From Bacillales bacterium (GTDB lineage: Bacteria; Bacillota_I; Bacilli_A; RF39; UBA660): a stretch of 56,927 nucleotides of DNA. Below, piece by piece: positions 30,156-41,520 of the stretch. Numbering within the stretch: position 1 is the first letter of the stretch; each line of letters opens with the position of its first letter. The stretch is from assembly GCA_016288635.1 (NCBI GenBank), contig JAEEKZ010000047.1, positions 1-56,927 of the forward strand, in the 5' to 3' direction. The notes beneath the pieces were generated by a model that saw only the letters and a list, made by a program, of their open reading frames with translations, had not been told where the DNA came from and ran no database searches. Position numbers and translations under genes: made by a program.

Positions 30156-31883
30156 TTAGTCTTTCGTTAATTCTGATTCATATAATTTTTTATAACTCTT
30201 ACTAGTTTTTAATAATTTATCATGTACACCTGAAGCAACTATCTTTCCATCCTCTAAGAAAAGTATTCTATCTGCATTTTTAATCGTAGATAATCTATGA
30301 GCAATTATAAGTATCGTATAGTCATCTCTCATATTATCAATTGCCTTTTGAATTTGACTTTGTGTTTCATTATCTAATGCTGAAGTTGCTTCATCGAATA
30401 AGATAATTTGTGTATTTTGAATTAATGCTCTAGCAATAGCTAATCTCTGTTTTTGACCACCAGATAAGTTAATTCCACCTTCACCTATAAGTGAATCATA
30501 TTTATCAGGTAGTTCATTAATATAATCATCTAAACACGCAATTTTACATGCATTAATCATCTCTTCTTCAGTAATATCACTTTTAACTAATTTTAAATTA
30601 TCTCTAATACTCATATTAAAAATATATGGATCTTGAGAAATAATTGTTATATTACCTCTAATACTATCTTTATCTAATTCATTTATATCAATTCCATCAA
30701 TAGTAATTGATCCTTTTTTAATGTTATACATCTTACATAATAAATTAAATATTGTGGTTTTACCAGCTCCGCTTTTGCCAACAAAAGCAACTGTTTCTCT
30801 AGCTTTTATTTTAAAGTTTAAACCTTTTAATATTTCTTTATCATTGTATCCAAAATAAACATCTTTAAACTCGAAATTTCCTTTAATATTATCAATATGT
30901 TTTTTGCCAAATTTTTCTTTACCAAATTCAGAAGAATCAAATAATGAGTAAACTCTTTCACACGATAAATTAAAGTCTTTAATAGATTCTAGTATATCCC
31001 CCACTAAATAAACACAATATGAAGCTGTATTGCAATAATTATATAGAACAAGTGCCATCGCAGGAACTAACCAATTGTTTTGCATAAAGATTACTAAAAG
31101 CACAATTAGCAAAAATTGGAATAAGTCTTGTAATTCCCAAGAAAACAAATGAAAATTCCATGATCTTTTTCTAACTCTCATCCATTTATTATTAGCATCA
31201 TCTATTTTAACAGAAAGATTACTTATGAAATCTTTTTCACTATTAAGCATTTTAATATCACGTACGCCGCGAACTAATTCTCCAACTAAACCTGATACCT
31301 TTTCTCCTGCTTCCCTAGCAACTTTATCATCTTTTTTCCTCTCACTAGTTCTAACGCTTTCTATATAACCCGTAATTAAAACAGTGATAATTAAATACAA
31401 GAAAACCCATTTATTAACAATAAATACAGCCACTCCTATACCAAGATATTTTACAAAACTTGATACCTGAGAAAGACTAGAATTAAACACATCAGCAATC
31501 TTAGTAGTATCTCCAGTTAGTCTCTGAATAAAAACTCCAGATCCCTTTTCATCAATACATTTATTCTCAATTTTTAAAACATTCTGTCCTAAATCGATTT
31601 CCAACTTTGTTAAAATATTTCGATAAATTTTAATTGACCACATTCTTGTAAAATAGTTAATTAAATTAGAAAAACTATTTACCAAAAGAATAGCAAGCGC
31701 AACAACAATAATATGAACAAAATTATTATTAGTTAACGCCAAAATAATTTTAGCACTTAATACTGGTGCCAAAATTCCTATTGATATACCAAGGATATTA
31801 ATAATTATTAAACCAACTAAATATTTCTTTTGGTTTCTAGCATAACTCCAAGCAAATTTTAAGTTCTTACCAAACTCTTTCAT
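30156..31883 (-). CDS. ABC exporter, fused permease/ATPase
   Basis: N-terminal TM domain, GKSGAGKT, LSGGQKQR, LFDEATSALD, IAHR. Confidence 0.93.
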   Translation of the reverse strand: MKEFGKNLKFAWSYARNQKKYLVGLIIINILGISIGILAPVLSAKIILALTNNNFVHIIVVALAILLVNSFSNLINYFTRMWSIKIYRNILTKLEIDLGQNVLKIENKCIDEKGSGVFIQRLTGDTTKIADVFNSSLSQVSSFVKYLGIGVAVFIVNKWVFLYLIITVLITGYIESVRTSERKKDDKVAREAGEKVSGLVGELVRGVRDIKMLNSEKDFISNLSVKIDDANNKWMRVRKRSWNFHLFSWELQDLFQFLLIVLLVIFMQNNWLVPAMALVLYNYCNTASYCVYLVGDILESIKDFNLSCERVYSLFDSSEFGKEKFGKKHIDNIKGNFEFKDVYFGYNDKEILKGLNFKIKARETVAFVGKSGAGKTTIFNLLCKMYNIKKGSITIDGIDINELDKDSIRGNITIISQDPYIFNMSIRDNLKLVKSDITEEEMINACKIACLDDYINELPDKYDSLIGEGGINLSGGQKQRLAIARALIQNTQIILFDEATSALDNETQSQIQKAIDNMRDDYTILIIAHRLSTIKNADRILFLEDGKIVASGVHDKLLKTSKSYKKLYESELTKD

Positions 31884-31884
31884 G

Positions 31885-32799
31885 TTAATATTTTCTTCCT
31901 ACCAAAGAGTCTCTAACTTCAAGCAAATTAGCATCAAGGTCAGTCTCTAGAATACAAGAGTTTTTAATGTTTATAAATCCTACTCCCTTGATTAAAAGAT
32001 CAGAGTTTTCTGGAATATTGACTCTTGTAGGCCATGATTTTTCACTATTTCTCTTAATAAGTTTTAAATATCCAGGGATATATAAAACAAAATTATTTTC
32101 TACATTAGATTTAACAACAAAATCATGGATAACCAATTCTTGATTTTCTTTCATTATTCTTGAAGATGGTCTAATCTTTCTAAGATAATCTACTCCTTTA
32201 TAATAATGTTTATAAGCTAAACCTGGAGTATCATAAATACAAGTATTATTATACATTGTTTTAATAACATCTAATGTTGTTGTTTCATGTTTTGATTCAA
32301 CAATCTTTGAACCCGTCATTTTATTAATTAGTGTTGATTTACCTGAAATAGTAAATCCACATACATATACTTCTTCTTCCTGAGAAACAATATCTAACAA
32401 TTCATGGATATCATTTTTAGAACTCTCTAAATAAATATCTTCATGTATATCATACGTTTTACGAATATTACTTAAATATCTTTGTTCATGTATATTTTCA
32501 GGAATTAAATCGGCTTTAGAAATAATTAATATTTTTCTTCCGCGTAGATTTTTATAAACATCTAATACTTCTTCACTTATATTTAAAAAGTCAGTTAAAA
32601 ATAATTTTAATGCATTTTTCTTATATAATTTGATTATATCTTCATTACTAATTTCAACGTCTGGTTTAATATCTTGCCCATAGTTTTTTAGTTTAAAACA
32701 ACGCGCACAATAATCAAAATCTAAATTTGGAGCATATCCTAATTCTTCAGAATTAGTATTTTGCATTTCTACTCCACAACCAATACACATTTTTCCCAT
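31885..32799 (-). CDS. YqeH-like circularly permuted GTPase (divergent)
   Basis: CIGC...CARC Zn finger, SKAD (G4) before GFTISGKST (G1), DTPG; near yqeG. Confidence 0.8.
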   Translation of the reverse strand: MGKMCIGCGVEMQNTNSEELGYAPNLDFDYCARCFKLKNYGQDIKPDVEISNEDIIKLYKKNALKLFLTDFLNISEEVLDVYKNLRGRKILIISKADLIPENIHEQRYLSNIRKTYDIHEDIYLESSKNDIHELLDIVSQEEEVYVCGFTISGKSTLINKMTGSKIVESKHETTTLDVIKTMYNNTCIYDTPGLAYKHYYKGVDYLRKIRPSSRIMKENQELVIHDFVVKSNVENNFVLYIPGYLKLIKRNSEKSWPTRVNIPENSDLLIKGVGFINIKNSCILETDLDANLLEVRDSLVGRKY

Positions 32800-32800
32800 T

Positions 32801-33847
32801 TTATCCCTCTCTTACTCTTGAAGACCCGTCTTGTCCCCTACTATCTAAAGGAAGTAATATATTTTTATAAATACATTCTGCATATGTTCTTTTTAATTCT
32901 TGATATCTAGTATCGTCTTTAAGACTCGGATCCATTTGCTCATATAATAAATCTGCTAATAATAATACTTTTCGCTTTTTTTGATCATAATTAACAAAAG
33001 CTTTCTCAAATTCGGAATCCCCCGGTTTTCCTTCATATCCTTTTAATGCCCATAAAGCATTATTGCTTTCATCCAAAAGTTTAGAAACAGTAAAGTATTT
33101 GGTTCTATTAACAAAATCTATTATTTCTTGATTATTAGAATATGTTTTGCATGAAAAGGTAAACAATTCTCCTCCAAATAAATAATCAAATAATTCAAAA
33201 CACGCTTTATACTCGTCATATATCCTTGATGGGAATAGTCTTTCATCTTTATATGTGCATCCTCCAACCAAATAACCATTATCAGCAAGTTCGTTTATAA
33301 AATCTTCATCCTCGAATATTATAGAACCCATATGTTCTAAAAATCCATCTGAAGTTCTAAATCCATATCCACCTGTTGAACTTAGACTTCCATCTTCTTC
33401 ATGTCTGCAATTTATATAAACCGCATTAGTTTTCTTAATCACAGGATAAATTCCGTTTTTTAATATTTCACACGAAGCAGGTTCTGTCATAACATGTCCT
33501 AATTCATGTGTTAGAATCGTTATCAATTTCATATATTCTGGATCATTAACATAGTACATAATATGCGACACTTTACAATTTTCATCATAATCCGTTATAG
33601 TCGTGCCTAAAATTTTATTGCTTCCAGTAAACGACTCATCATTTACATCAACAGCGACAAACTTAGCTTCGCAAATATTCCTAATATGCTCTAATCCTAT
33701 CAGACCATTTGTTAATCTTACATATGCTTTGCAAATAGCTTTAACGATTGACTTTATCTCATCAGGAATATTTGGAGAATCTTCAATCATTACATCAACC
33801 TTAATCAATAAAACTTCTAATGCCGTTCTCTTATTCGTAATACTCAC
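32801..33847 (-). CDS. Hypothetical HExxH zinc-metallopeptidase-like protein
   Basis: ILTHELGHVM motif with downstream SDGFLE; no signal peptide. Confidence 0.7.
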   Translation of the reverse strand: MSITNKRTALEVLLIKVDVMIEDSPNIPDEIKSIVKAICKAYVRLTNGLIGLEHIRNICEAKFVAVDVNDESFTGSNKILGTTITDYDENCKVSHIMYYVNDPEYMKLITILTHELGHVMTEPASCEILKNGIYPVIKKTNAVYINCRHEEDGSLSSTGGYGFRTSDGFLEHMGSIIFEDEDFINELADNGYLVGGCTYKDERLFPSRIYDEYKACFELFDYLFGGELFTFSCKTYSNNQEIIDFVNRTKYFTVSKLLDESNNALWALKGYEGKPGDSEFEKAFVNYDQKKRKVLLLADLLYEQMDPSLKDDTRYQELKRTYAECIYKNILLPLDSRGQDGSSRVREG

Positions 33848-34358
33848 CCTTTATTAATATACCACGCTTGTTTAATCTTTTTATAATTTTCGATTCAAAA
33901 TAACGATTAACATGAGTTGGAAGATGTTCTATCTTAGAAATAGGATTAACAAATATTGAATTAATACCCATTCTATTTGCTCCAAACACATCAGTCATCA
34001 ATTGATCACCAATCATAGCAATTTCATGTGGTTTAAATTTATATAATTTCATTATCTTCTTATACTTAATCTTTAGAGGCTTACAACTATTACATGAAGT
34101 ATCTACATTAAGTTGTTCTTTAAATGGAGTTAATCTTCTTTTACCACTATTAGACATAATAATTACTTTAAATCCATATTTGTGCTCTAATAAACTAAAT
34201 AAATCTTTTAATCTTTTATCAGGTTCATGCATAGAATATGGAGCTATTGTATTATCTAAATCATATAAAAGACACTTGATCCCATTCTTTTTTAACTTAG
34301 CATAATTAATTTTAAATATACTTTGATAGTAATAATCTGGTATAAATATATCTAACAT
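33831..34358 (-). CDS. yqeG: YqeG-family HAD IIIA phosphatase
   Basis: DLDNT, MSN, KP, IGDQLMTDV. Confidence 0.92.
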   Translation of the reverse strand: MLDIFIPDYYYQSIFKINYAKLKKNGIKCLLYDLDNTIAPYSMHEPDKRLKDLFSLLEHKYGFKVIIMSNSGKRRLTPFKEQLNVDTSCNSCKPLKIKYKKIMKLYKFKPHEIAMIGDQLMTDVFGANRMGINSIFVNPISKIEHLPTHVNRYFESKIIKRLNKRGILIKGEYYE

Positions 34359-34369
34359 AGTACCTCCTT

Positions 34370-37300
34370 TTAAAATAAACTTAATTGAGCAGATTCAGGC
34401 ATACCGTCAAATACACCCAAATCTCTTAATTTTTCTATTGTAGTTTTATTAACTTTACCTCTATCAGCAAAATCATCTACACAGAAGAATTCTTTTATTT
34501 CTCTTTCTTTTTCAATTTGTAATCCACAAGCTTCTCCTAAACCTTCTACACTACAGAAAGGTAAGTATAAAGCTTTTTCATCTTCTTTAATTACAAATGT
34601 TTTTGCTTTAGAAATCTTAATATCTATATTTTTAAACACAAATCCTCTTGCTAACATTTCAAGAGCAACTTGTAATGTTTCCCCTACAGCTACTTCTTTT
34701 GCTGAAGCATCAAATCCTTTTTCTCTAATCTCAGCAAGTCTTCTTTTTATTCCATCATAACCTTGTAACATAGCTTGTACATCAAAGTCACTTCTTCTAA
34801 TTGAGAAGAATGCTGAATAATAATGTAAAGGATAATAAGTCTTAAACCACGCAACACGGTATGACATCATTACATATGCGCAAGCATGTGCCTTAGGGAA
34901 CATGTACTGAATCTTTCTACAACATTCAATAAACCACTCTGGAACATTATTACTACGCATAGTATCTGTCATTTCCGCCCACTTATCTGGTTCTTTCTTA
35001 GCTTTTCCTTTACGAACGAATTCACTTATTTTGAATGCTTGTGAAGACTCTAATCCATAGTTAATTAAACTAACCATGATATCATCACGACATCCTACAG
35101 CTTCCTCAAAAGGAACTACTTTATTTAATATTAAATCACGAACGTTACCATTCCATACATCTGTACCATGTGATAAACCAGCCACTTTAACTAAATCGGC
35201 AAAATGTGTTGGTTTAATTTCAAGTAACATGTTAATAGCAAAGTTTGTTCCAAATTCTGGAACGCCTAAAGTACCAGTCTTACACATAATTTGCTCTTCA
35301 GTTACACCAAGAGCTTTTGGAGATTGGAATAAACTTAATATATTATGATCATCAAATGGTATTTCCATAATGTTTATACCAGTTGTATCACCTAGTCTTT
35401 TTAACATAGTTGGATCATCGTGTCCAAGTATATCTAGCTTTAAGACATTATCATGAATTGCATGGAAATCAAAGTGTGTAGTATACCATGATGCATCAGG
35501 CTCATCTGCTGGATATTGATATGCCGTAAAATCAAATACATCCATATACTGAGGAATAACGATAATTCCACCTGGATGCTGTCCAGTAGTTCTCTTAACA
35601 CCCGTACAACCTAATGCTATTCTTTCTACTTCAGCAGAGTTAAGAACGATACCATTCTCTTCACAATAACCTCTTACATATCCAAAAGCCGTTTTATCAG
35701 CAACTGTAGATATAGTACCGGCTCTATAGGCATTTTGTTCACCAAACAACACTTTTACATGATTATGTGCTGCTGCTTGATTTTCTCCAGAGAAGTTTAA
35801 GTCTATATCAGGTACTTTTTCAGCTTTAAATCCTAAGAATGTAGCAAATGGAATATTGTGTCCGTCTTTCTTCATCTTTGTTCCACATTCTGGGCAATCT
35901 CTATCAGGCATGTCAAACCCACATGGATATAGTCTAGCTAAATCTTCTCCATCAACCTCAAAATCACTATGTTTACATTTAGGACAAACATAATGTGGTG
36001 GTAAACCATTAACTTCTGTAATACCCATCATTGTCGCAACTAAACTTGAACCAACACTACCACGAGATCCTACGAAGTATCCATCAGCGTTTGATTTTTT
36101 AACTAACTTTTCTGCGATAAGATAAATTACATCGAATCCACCACCAATAATACCATCAAGCTCTGTTTTAAGTCTTGTTTCTATTATTTCAGGAAGCGGA
36201 TATCCATATATTTCATGCGCTTTATTATAAACCATTTCCTTTGTTATCTCAGCAGAATTTTCTAGAACTGGAGTATATAATTTATCTTTAATAATTTGTA
36301 ATTCTTCAACTTGTTCTGCAATCTTATTTGGATTATCAATTACTATTTCTTTTCTTGTTTCTTCATCTATAAATGAGAAGGCATCTAACATTTCATCTGT
36401 AGTTAAGAAGTATTGATTAGGAACCTTTATTCCTCTTTTATTAAGTGGATGTAACTTACCATTTGCTTTTTGTGAAATAATAACTTTACGATATATTAAA
36501 TCATCCGGTCTTAAATTATGAGCATCAGATGTTGCTACAACCATCTTATTTGATTCTTTAGCTACTTTTATTAATCTTCTAACATAATTAAAGTAATCAC
36601 TCTCTGATCTAAATGGAGCATCTTCCCCAATAAGATGAGTTACCACGTTAAGTGGGTATACTTCAATATAATCATAATATGACATCATATTTCTTAAGTC
36701 TTCATCATCTACTGATAAACCTTTTTCAAATACTTCTCCATTTACGCAACCAGAGCCAAATATTAAACCTTCTCTTAATGGATTAATATCCGTTCTTGGA
36801 ATCTTTGGTTCTTTTCCTTTAAATAAATATTTTGTATTTGCTAAAGATACTATTTTAAATAAATTTCTTAAACCTTCCTTATTCTTGGCAATCATAGTCA
36901 TATGGAATGGTCTAGCAAACTTAACAACGGTTTCGCTATCTACTAACTTGTTTAAATCATCAGTTGTTTCTATATGTTCATTATCTAAAACATTAACCAT
37001 TTTATAGAAACAATGTGCTGTTCCTTCGCAGTCATAATCCGCTCTATGGTGTTTATCTTCATCCCACTCTACATCTAAATTTTTAACTAACGTAGATAAT
37101 TTATGATTTTTCCAATCAGGATACATAACTCTAGCAAGTCCCATTGTATCTACAACAGTATTATCAAACTTACGTAATCCATACTTTTCTACTGCTGCTT
37201 CAATAAATGAAATATCAAATGCTGCATTATGGGCAACAAGTGGTAAATCACCAACAAACTCTAAAAATCTCTTCGTAACATTTTCTTCTGTATCTTGTCC

Positions 37301-38701
37301 AACTAACATATCATCCGTTATATTAGTTAATTCAGTAATTACTTTTGGTAATGGTTTATCACAAGCAATTAATTCATCAAATCTTTCAATTATTTCATCA
37401 TTTTTAACTTTAACAGCACCAATTTCAATCATTTGATCAACATTTGGTGTAAATCCAGTTGTTTCTGTATCATATACAACATATTCTTGATCTAATAATT
37501 TGAAATTCTTGTTCTTAAATACTAATCCTGCATCAGTATCAACAACATTCATTTCTGTTCCATATAATACTTTAAATTTATCTTTATCTTCTCTACCTTT
37601 ATTTATTTTAGCAAGAGTATTAAACGCATCAGGATACGCCTGTAGAACATTGTGATCTGTTATAGCAACACTCTTCATTCCTAATTTGTCACAAAACTTA
37701 ATTAACTTAGATGTATCTATAACTCCATCCATCATACTCATCATTGTATGACAATGTAATTCTACTCTTTTTACCTCAGCTGTATCTTTAACTTTTTCAT
37801 CTTTAGAAGGTATTTCTTCGATTCCTGTTATATTAAAAACTAAAGCATGAGAATAATCATTTAACTCGATATTACCATTAAATCTATACCAATTACCAAC
37901 ACTAATTCTTTTAGCAATTTTATAAAATTCTTCTTCTTCGAAACGAACTAAATGACCAACAAAACTATCAGTTTTATCACTCATCTTTAAATCGAGAATA
38001 TAAGCAGTAGCTTTTTTACCTTTTCTTTCTTGAGTTTCCATTGCAAAGACATATGCTTCCACAATAATATTTTTCATTTCACCCAAAATATTATTTAATT
38101 GCGTTATTTCTCCATCTCGATGTCTACCCCAAATAACAGGACTATTCTCTTCAGGAGCAACTTCCTCAACACTATCTTTACCCTCAGTAATTATTTCTGT
38201 TAAAGTTTTTAAATTAGCTAAATCCAGTTTTATTTCAAAAGAGTATTCTCCTAATCCATATCTTTTTAATTTATCACTAATTTTAGCAAACTCTCTATTT
38301 AATTCTGACTTAACTAATCTTGTATAAATAGTTACATATATCTTATCCCCATCAAATTCTAAATTACGATCTTTTAAAGGCGCAAAAGATGGTCTTAAAT
38401 TAACTAATTCATCTATCATAGCATCAATATATTTTGTTAAATCATCAAGCGTTACTTCACCATATTCCATAACAACGTGACATTTCTTTTCACCATTAAT
38501 GCCTCCTTCACAAGCCTTAAATAAATTATCCATTTCTTTTTTATCAATTACGTATGGGTTTTTTATAACCACTTCAAAACTTTGTGAAGCCGTAATTAGT
38601 TTCACTTTATCTATCTCTGAAGCAAAAAATTCTTCTGACTCAAAATTAATACTGTTAAAAAATCTTTCTATTTCTGCATCCATATTTGTCTTCCATTTCA
38701 T
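34370..38701 (-). CDS. polC: DNA polymerase III PolC (start may be at 38683)
   Basis: PHP ELHCHT, embedded exonuclease DTETTG...HNAAFD...HRADYD, GSRGSVGSS, PDIDLNF, KLDILGHD. Confidence 0.97.
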   Translation of the reverse strand: MKWKTNMDAEIERFFNSINFESEEFFASEIDKVKLITASQSFEVVIKNPYVIDKKEMDNLFKACEGGINGEKKCHVVMEYGEVTLDDLTKYIDAMIDELVNLRPSFAPLKDRNLEFDGDKIYVTIYTRLVKSELNREFAKISDKLKRYGLGEYSFEIKLDLANLKTLTEIITEGKDSVEEVAPEENSPVIWGRHRDGEITQLNNILGEMKNIIVEAYVFAMETQERKGKKATAYILDLKMSDKTDSFVGHLVRFEEEEFYKIAKRISVGNWYRFNGNIELNDYSHALVFNITGIEEIPSKDEKVKDTAEVKRVELHCHTMMSMMDGVIDTSKLIKFCDKLGMKSVAITDHNVLQAYPDAFNTLAKINKGREDKDKFKVLYGTEMNVVDTDAGLVFKNKNFKLLDQEYVVYDTETTGFTPNVDQMIEIGAVKVKNDEIIERFDELIACDKPLPKVITELTNITDDMLVGQDTEENVTKRFLEFVGDLPLVAHNAAFDISFIEAAVEKYGLRKFDNTVVDTMGLARVMYPDWKNHKLSTLVKNLDVEWDEDKHHRADYDCEGTAHCFYKMVNVLDNEHIETTDDLNKLVDSETVVKFARPFHMTMIAKNKEGLRNLFKIVSLANTKYLFKGKEPKIPRTDINPLREGLIFGSGCVNGEVFEKGLSVDDEDLRNMMSYYDYIEVYPLNVVTHLIGEDAPFRSESDYFNYVRRLIKVAKESNKMVVATSDAHNLRPDDLIYRKVIISQKANGKLHPLNKRGIKVPNQYFLTTDEMLDAFSFIDEETRKEIVIDNPNKIAEQVEELQIIKDKLYTPVLENSAEITKEMVYNKAHEIYGYPLPEIIETRLKTELDGIIGGGFDVIYLIAEKLVKKSNADGYFVGSRGSVGSSLVATMMGITEVNGLPPHYVCPKCKHSDFEVDGEDLARLYPCGFDMPDRDCPECGTKMKKDGHNIPFATFLGFKAEKVPDIDLNFSGENQAAAHNHVKVLFGEQNAYRAGTISTVADKTAFGYVRGYCEENGIVLNSAEVERIALGCTGVKRTTGQHPGGIIVIPQYMDVFDFTAYQYPADEPDASWYTTHFDFHAIHDNVLKLDILGHDDPTMLKRLGDTTGINIMEIPFDDHNILSLFQSPKALGVTEEQIMCKTGTLGVPEFGTNFAINMLLEIKPTHFADLVKVAGLSHGTDVWNGNVRDLILNKVVPFEEAVGCRDDIMVSLINYGLESSQAFKISEFVRKGKAKKEPDKWAEMTDTMRSNNVPEWFIECCRKIQYMFPKAHACAYVMMSYRVAWFKTYYPLHYYSAFFSIRRSDFDVQAMLQGYDGIKRRLAEIREKGFDASAKEVAVGETLQVALEMLARGFVFKNIDIKISKAKTFVIKEDEKALYLPFCSVEGLGEACGLQIEKEREIKEFFCVDDFADRGKVNKTTIEKLRDLGVFDGMPESAQLSLF

Positions 38702-41520
38702 TTTCTTTTTATAATACTATTCAATATTATTCTTATTTTGTCAAGAGATTTACTTGGCTTTCCTTCTATTAGCACAAGTTCATTTCTTCTTATATTTTCA
38801 AGCAACTTAAAATTCTCTGCGAAAACAGTTACATCCATTGTTCCCGTCTCATCAGACACTTTTAAAAATGCCATATCATTTCCGTTTTTATCTTTTATTC
38901 TATGTATATTTTCTATTATAACAATTATCTTAATTTCATTATATAATTTTGATTTAACATCTTTTAATTTAGTAATGTTCTTACTTTGATATTTGCTAGC
39001 AGGATGATTTCCTACATAGAATCCAAATAATTCTATTTCTTTATCATTCAAAATACTATTATCAAATTCTTCATATTTATTTATAATTGGTTTTAAATCA
39101 TCATCATCAACACCTAATGATACGTAATTCATTGCTGAATCATATAAATTAATTAAAGTCTTTTTATTTAATCCCAATGAATCAAAACTTCCAGCATAGA
39201 TTAATGTCTCTAATATATTTTTCTTAATATCTTTATTCTTACTCAAGAATTCAAAATAATCTTTATAAGGGGCATTATCTATTATGGCATCCGAAATATT
39301 CTTAGTTATGCCTTTAATAATAGTAAGAGGCAATATTAAAGAATCCTCTACAATATTAAAATTTTTAAATGATTTATTAACATCTGGTTTAACAACCTTA
39401 ATATTCTTTCTCTTTAACTCATTTATGTATGAAGATATTTCTACTGTGCTCTTACCATCTAATAACAATTCATTTATAAAATAAATTGGATAATAACATT
39501 TTAAATAAGCCATTTGGTAAGCTACAAGTGCATAAGCTACACTATGAGACTTATTAAATCCATATCCCGCAAATCTTTCAATTAAATCATAAATTTGTGA
39601 AGAAATAGATTTAGAAATTCCATTCTTTTGGGCACCAACAATAAACTTATCTTTTGATACCTTGATTACTTCGTCTTTTTTCTTGCTTATAGCTCTTCTA
39701 ATGGTATCTGCTTCGTTTTTAGTAAATCCGCCTAATTGTTCAAGAATAAGTATTACTTGTTCTTGATATAAAATTACACCATAAGTTTCTTTTAAAATTG
39801 GTTTTAATGAATCATGAAGATATTTAATATTTTCTTCATCTTCTTTATTTTTTATAAATTCATCTTGAGCAGGACCTGGTCTAACAAGAGCCATTGCTGC
39901 AATTAAATCATTGAAGTTTTTAGGTTTTAATTTCCTTAACAAACTCTTCATAGTAGCGGTTTCGTATTGAAATATACCATCAGTATCCGCTCTATTAAAC
40001 ATATCTATTACATTTTTATCATTAAGATCAATATTCTTTAACAAATTCTTATCAGTTTGTCTTAGTATATTAGCAATAATATCTAAGTTCTTAACAGCAA
40101 GAAAGTCCATTTTTAAAAATCCTAAAGATTCCAAATAAGGCATTTCTATTCCTGTAATTAAATTGTCCTCTTCATCCTTTACAACTGGAATTATTTTAGT
40201 TAAATCTACACTAGAAATAATTAATCCAGCAGCATTTATAGATGTATTCTTCTTAATACCTTCTAACTTAAGAGCAATATCATATAAATTATTTATTTGA
40301 GGATACATCTTAATATATTTTGCTACTGTTTCATCTTCAGCATTTTCTTTTAACGACATTTTCCCATCAATAGAATCTAAAAATTTATTTAATAATTCAT
40401 CATCTAATTTAATTAATTTTGCAACTTCTCTTAAAACAGATTTAGTTTTTAAATTATTATAAGTAATACCTACAGCAACATTATTCCTGCCATATTTATT
40501 TCTTACGTATTCAATAATATCTTTTCTCTTACCTGATTCAAAATCTATATCTATATCAGGCATAGTAACTCTATCTGTATTTAAAAATCTTTCAAACATT
40601 AAATTATACTTAATCGGATCTATATCATTAATACCAATTGAATAACATACTAAAGATCCTGCAGAGCTACCACGGCCTGGCCCAACATAGATATCATTTT
40701 TCTTAGCATAACAGCAATAATCATAAACAATTAAGAAATAATCAACAAATCCCATCTTACTTATAACACTAAGTTCATAATTTAATCTATCTTGGTATTC
40801 TTTTGTTACTTTATTATTAAGTCTTTTATTTAAACCTTTATTAGCTAGTTCAACTAAAAATTTTTCTGAATTACGACTTTGTTTAGGTATATATCGTACA
40901 TTCTTAGGAAATTCTAGATTAATCTTATCAGACACTTCTTTTAGGCCATATAAATCATCTTTAGATAGAACATATGCATAATTATAATCTATCTTACTTG
41001 TTCCTCCTAGCATATTTAAATATTTAAGATATTTATTATCTTCTTTCTTTAAACATCTCACTTCTTTTATATAGACAACATTTTTAGTAATTCTTAATAA
41101 ATCTACCTTTTCATCATTATTTTGATATCCATAATAAACCTCAGGATAAAAAGCAACTAACTCTCTTAATGAAACTGAGTGATATGGTATAACACACAAA
41201 ATGTTTGCAGAATATTCTTTTAATAAATCAGTATTTAAACTATCTTTCCTTAAATCCACTTGTAACAAATTACAATATCCATCATAATTCATAGCATACA
41301 AAAACAAATGCTTTTCATCAAGAATAATATCTAATCCCACAATGGGCTTAATACCCAATTCAGTACAACCTGAAATTAATTCCATAGATGCTGAAAGATT
41401 AGTATCAATAATACCACAAGATATATATTTATTTTTCTTTAAATAGTCTAATAAGTCTTTAACTTTAACTAAACTATTTAATAAAGAATAATCAGTTTTT
41501 ATGCTTATTAGACCGTTCAA
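38698..41520 (-). CDS. dnaE: DNA polymerase III alpha subunit DnaE (short, degenerate PHP)
   Basis: GPGRGSSAGS, FERF, PDIDID, KMDFL, FNKSH, OB fold. Likely TTG start after GGGTGA because a TACAAT -10 lies only 3 nt before the ORF-track ATG. Confidence 0.93.
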   Translation of the reverse strand: MNGLISIKTDYSLLNSLVKVKDLLDYLKKNKYISCGIIDTNLSASMELISGCTELGIKPIVGLDIILDEKHLFLYAMNYDGYCNLLQVDLRKDSLNTDLLKEYSANILCVIPYHSVSLRELVAFYPEVYYGYQNNDEKVDLLRITKNVVYIKEVRCLKKEDNKYLKYLNMLGGTSKIDYNYAYVLSKDDLYGLKEVSDKINLEFPKNVRYIPKQSRNSEKFLVELANKGLNKRLNNKVTKEYQDRLNYELSVISKMGFVDYFLIVYDYCCYAKKNDIYVGPGRGSSAGSLVCYSIGINDIDPIKYNLMFERFLNTDRVTMPDIDIDFESGKRKDIIEYVRNKYGRNNVAVGITYNNLKTKSVLREVAKLIKLDDELLNKFLDSIDGKMSLKENAEDETVAKYIKMYPQINNLYDIALKLEGIKKNTSINAAGLIISSVDLTKIIPVVKDEEDNLITGIEMPYLESLGFLKMDFLAVKNLDIIANILRQTDKNLLKNIDLNDKNVIDMFNRADTDGIFQYETATMKSLLRKLKPKNFNDLIAAMALVRPGPAQDEFIKNKEDEENIKYLHDSLKPILKETYGVILYQEQVILILEQLGGFTKNEADTIRRAISKKKDEVIKVSKDKFIVGAQKNGISKSISSQIYDLIERFAGYGFNKSHSVAYALVAYQMAYLKCYYPIYFINELLLDGKSTVEISSYINELKRKNIKVVKPDVNKSFKNFNIVEDSLILPLTIIKGITKNISDAIIDNAPYKDYFEFLSKNKDIKKNILETLIYAGSFDSLGLNKKTLINLYDSAMNYVSLGVDDDDLKPIINKYEEFDNSILNDKEIELFGFYVGNHPASKYQSKNITKLKDVKSKLYNEIKIIVIIENIHRIKDKNGNDMAFLKVSDETGTMDVTVFAENFKLLENIRRNELVLIEGKPSKSLDKIRIILNSIIKRK

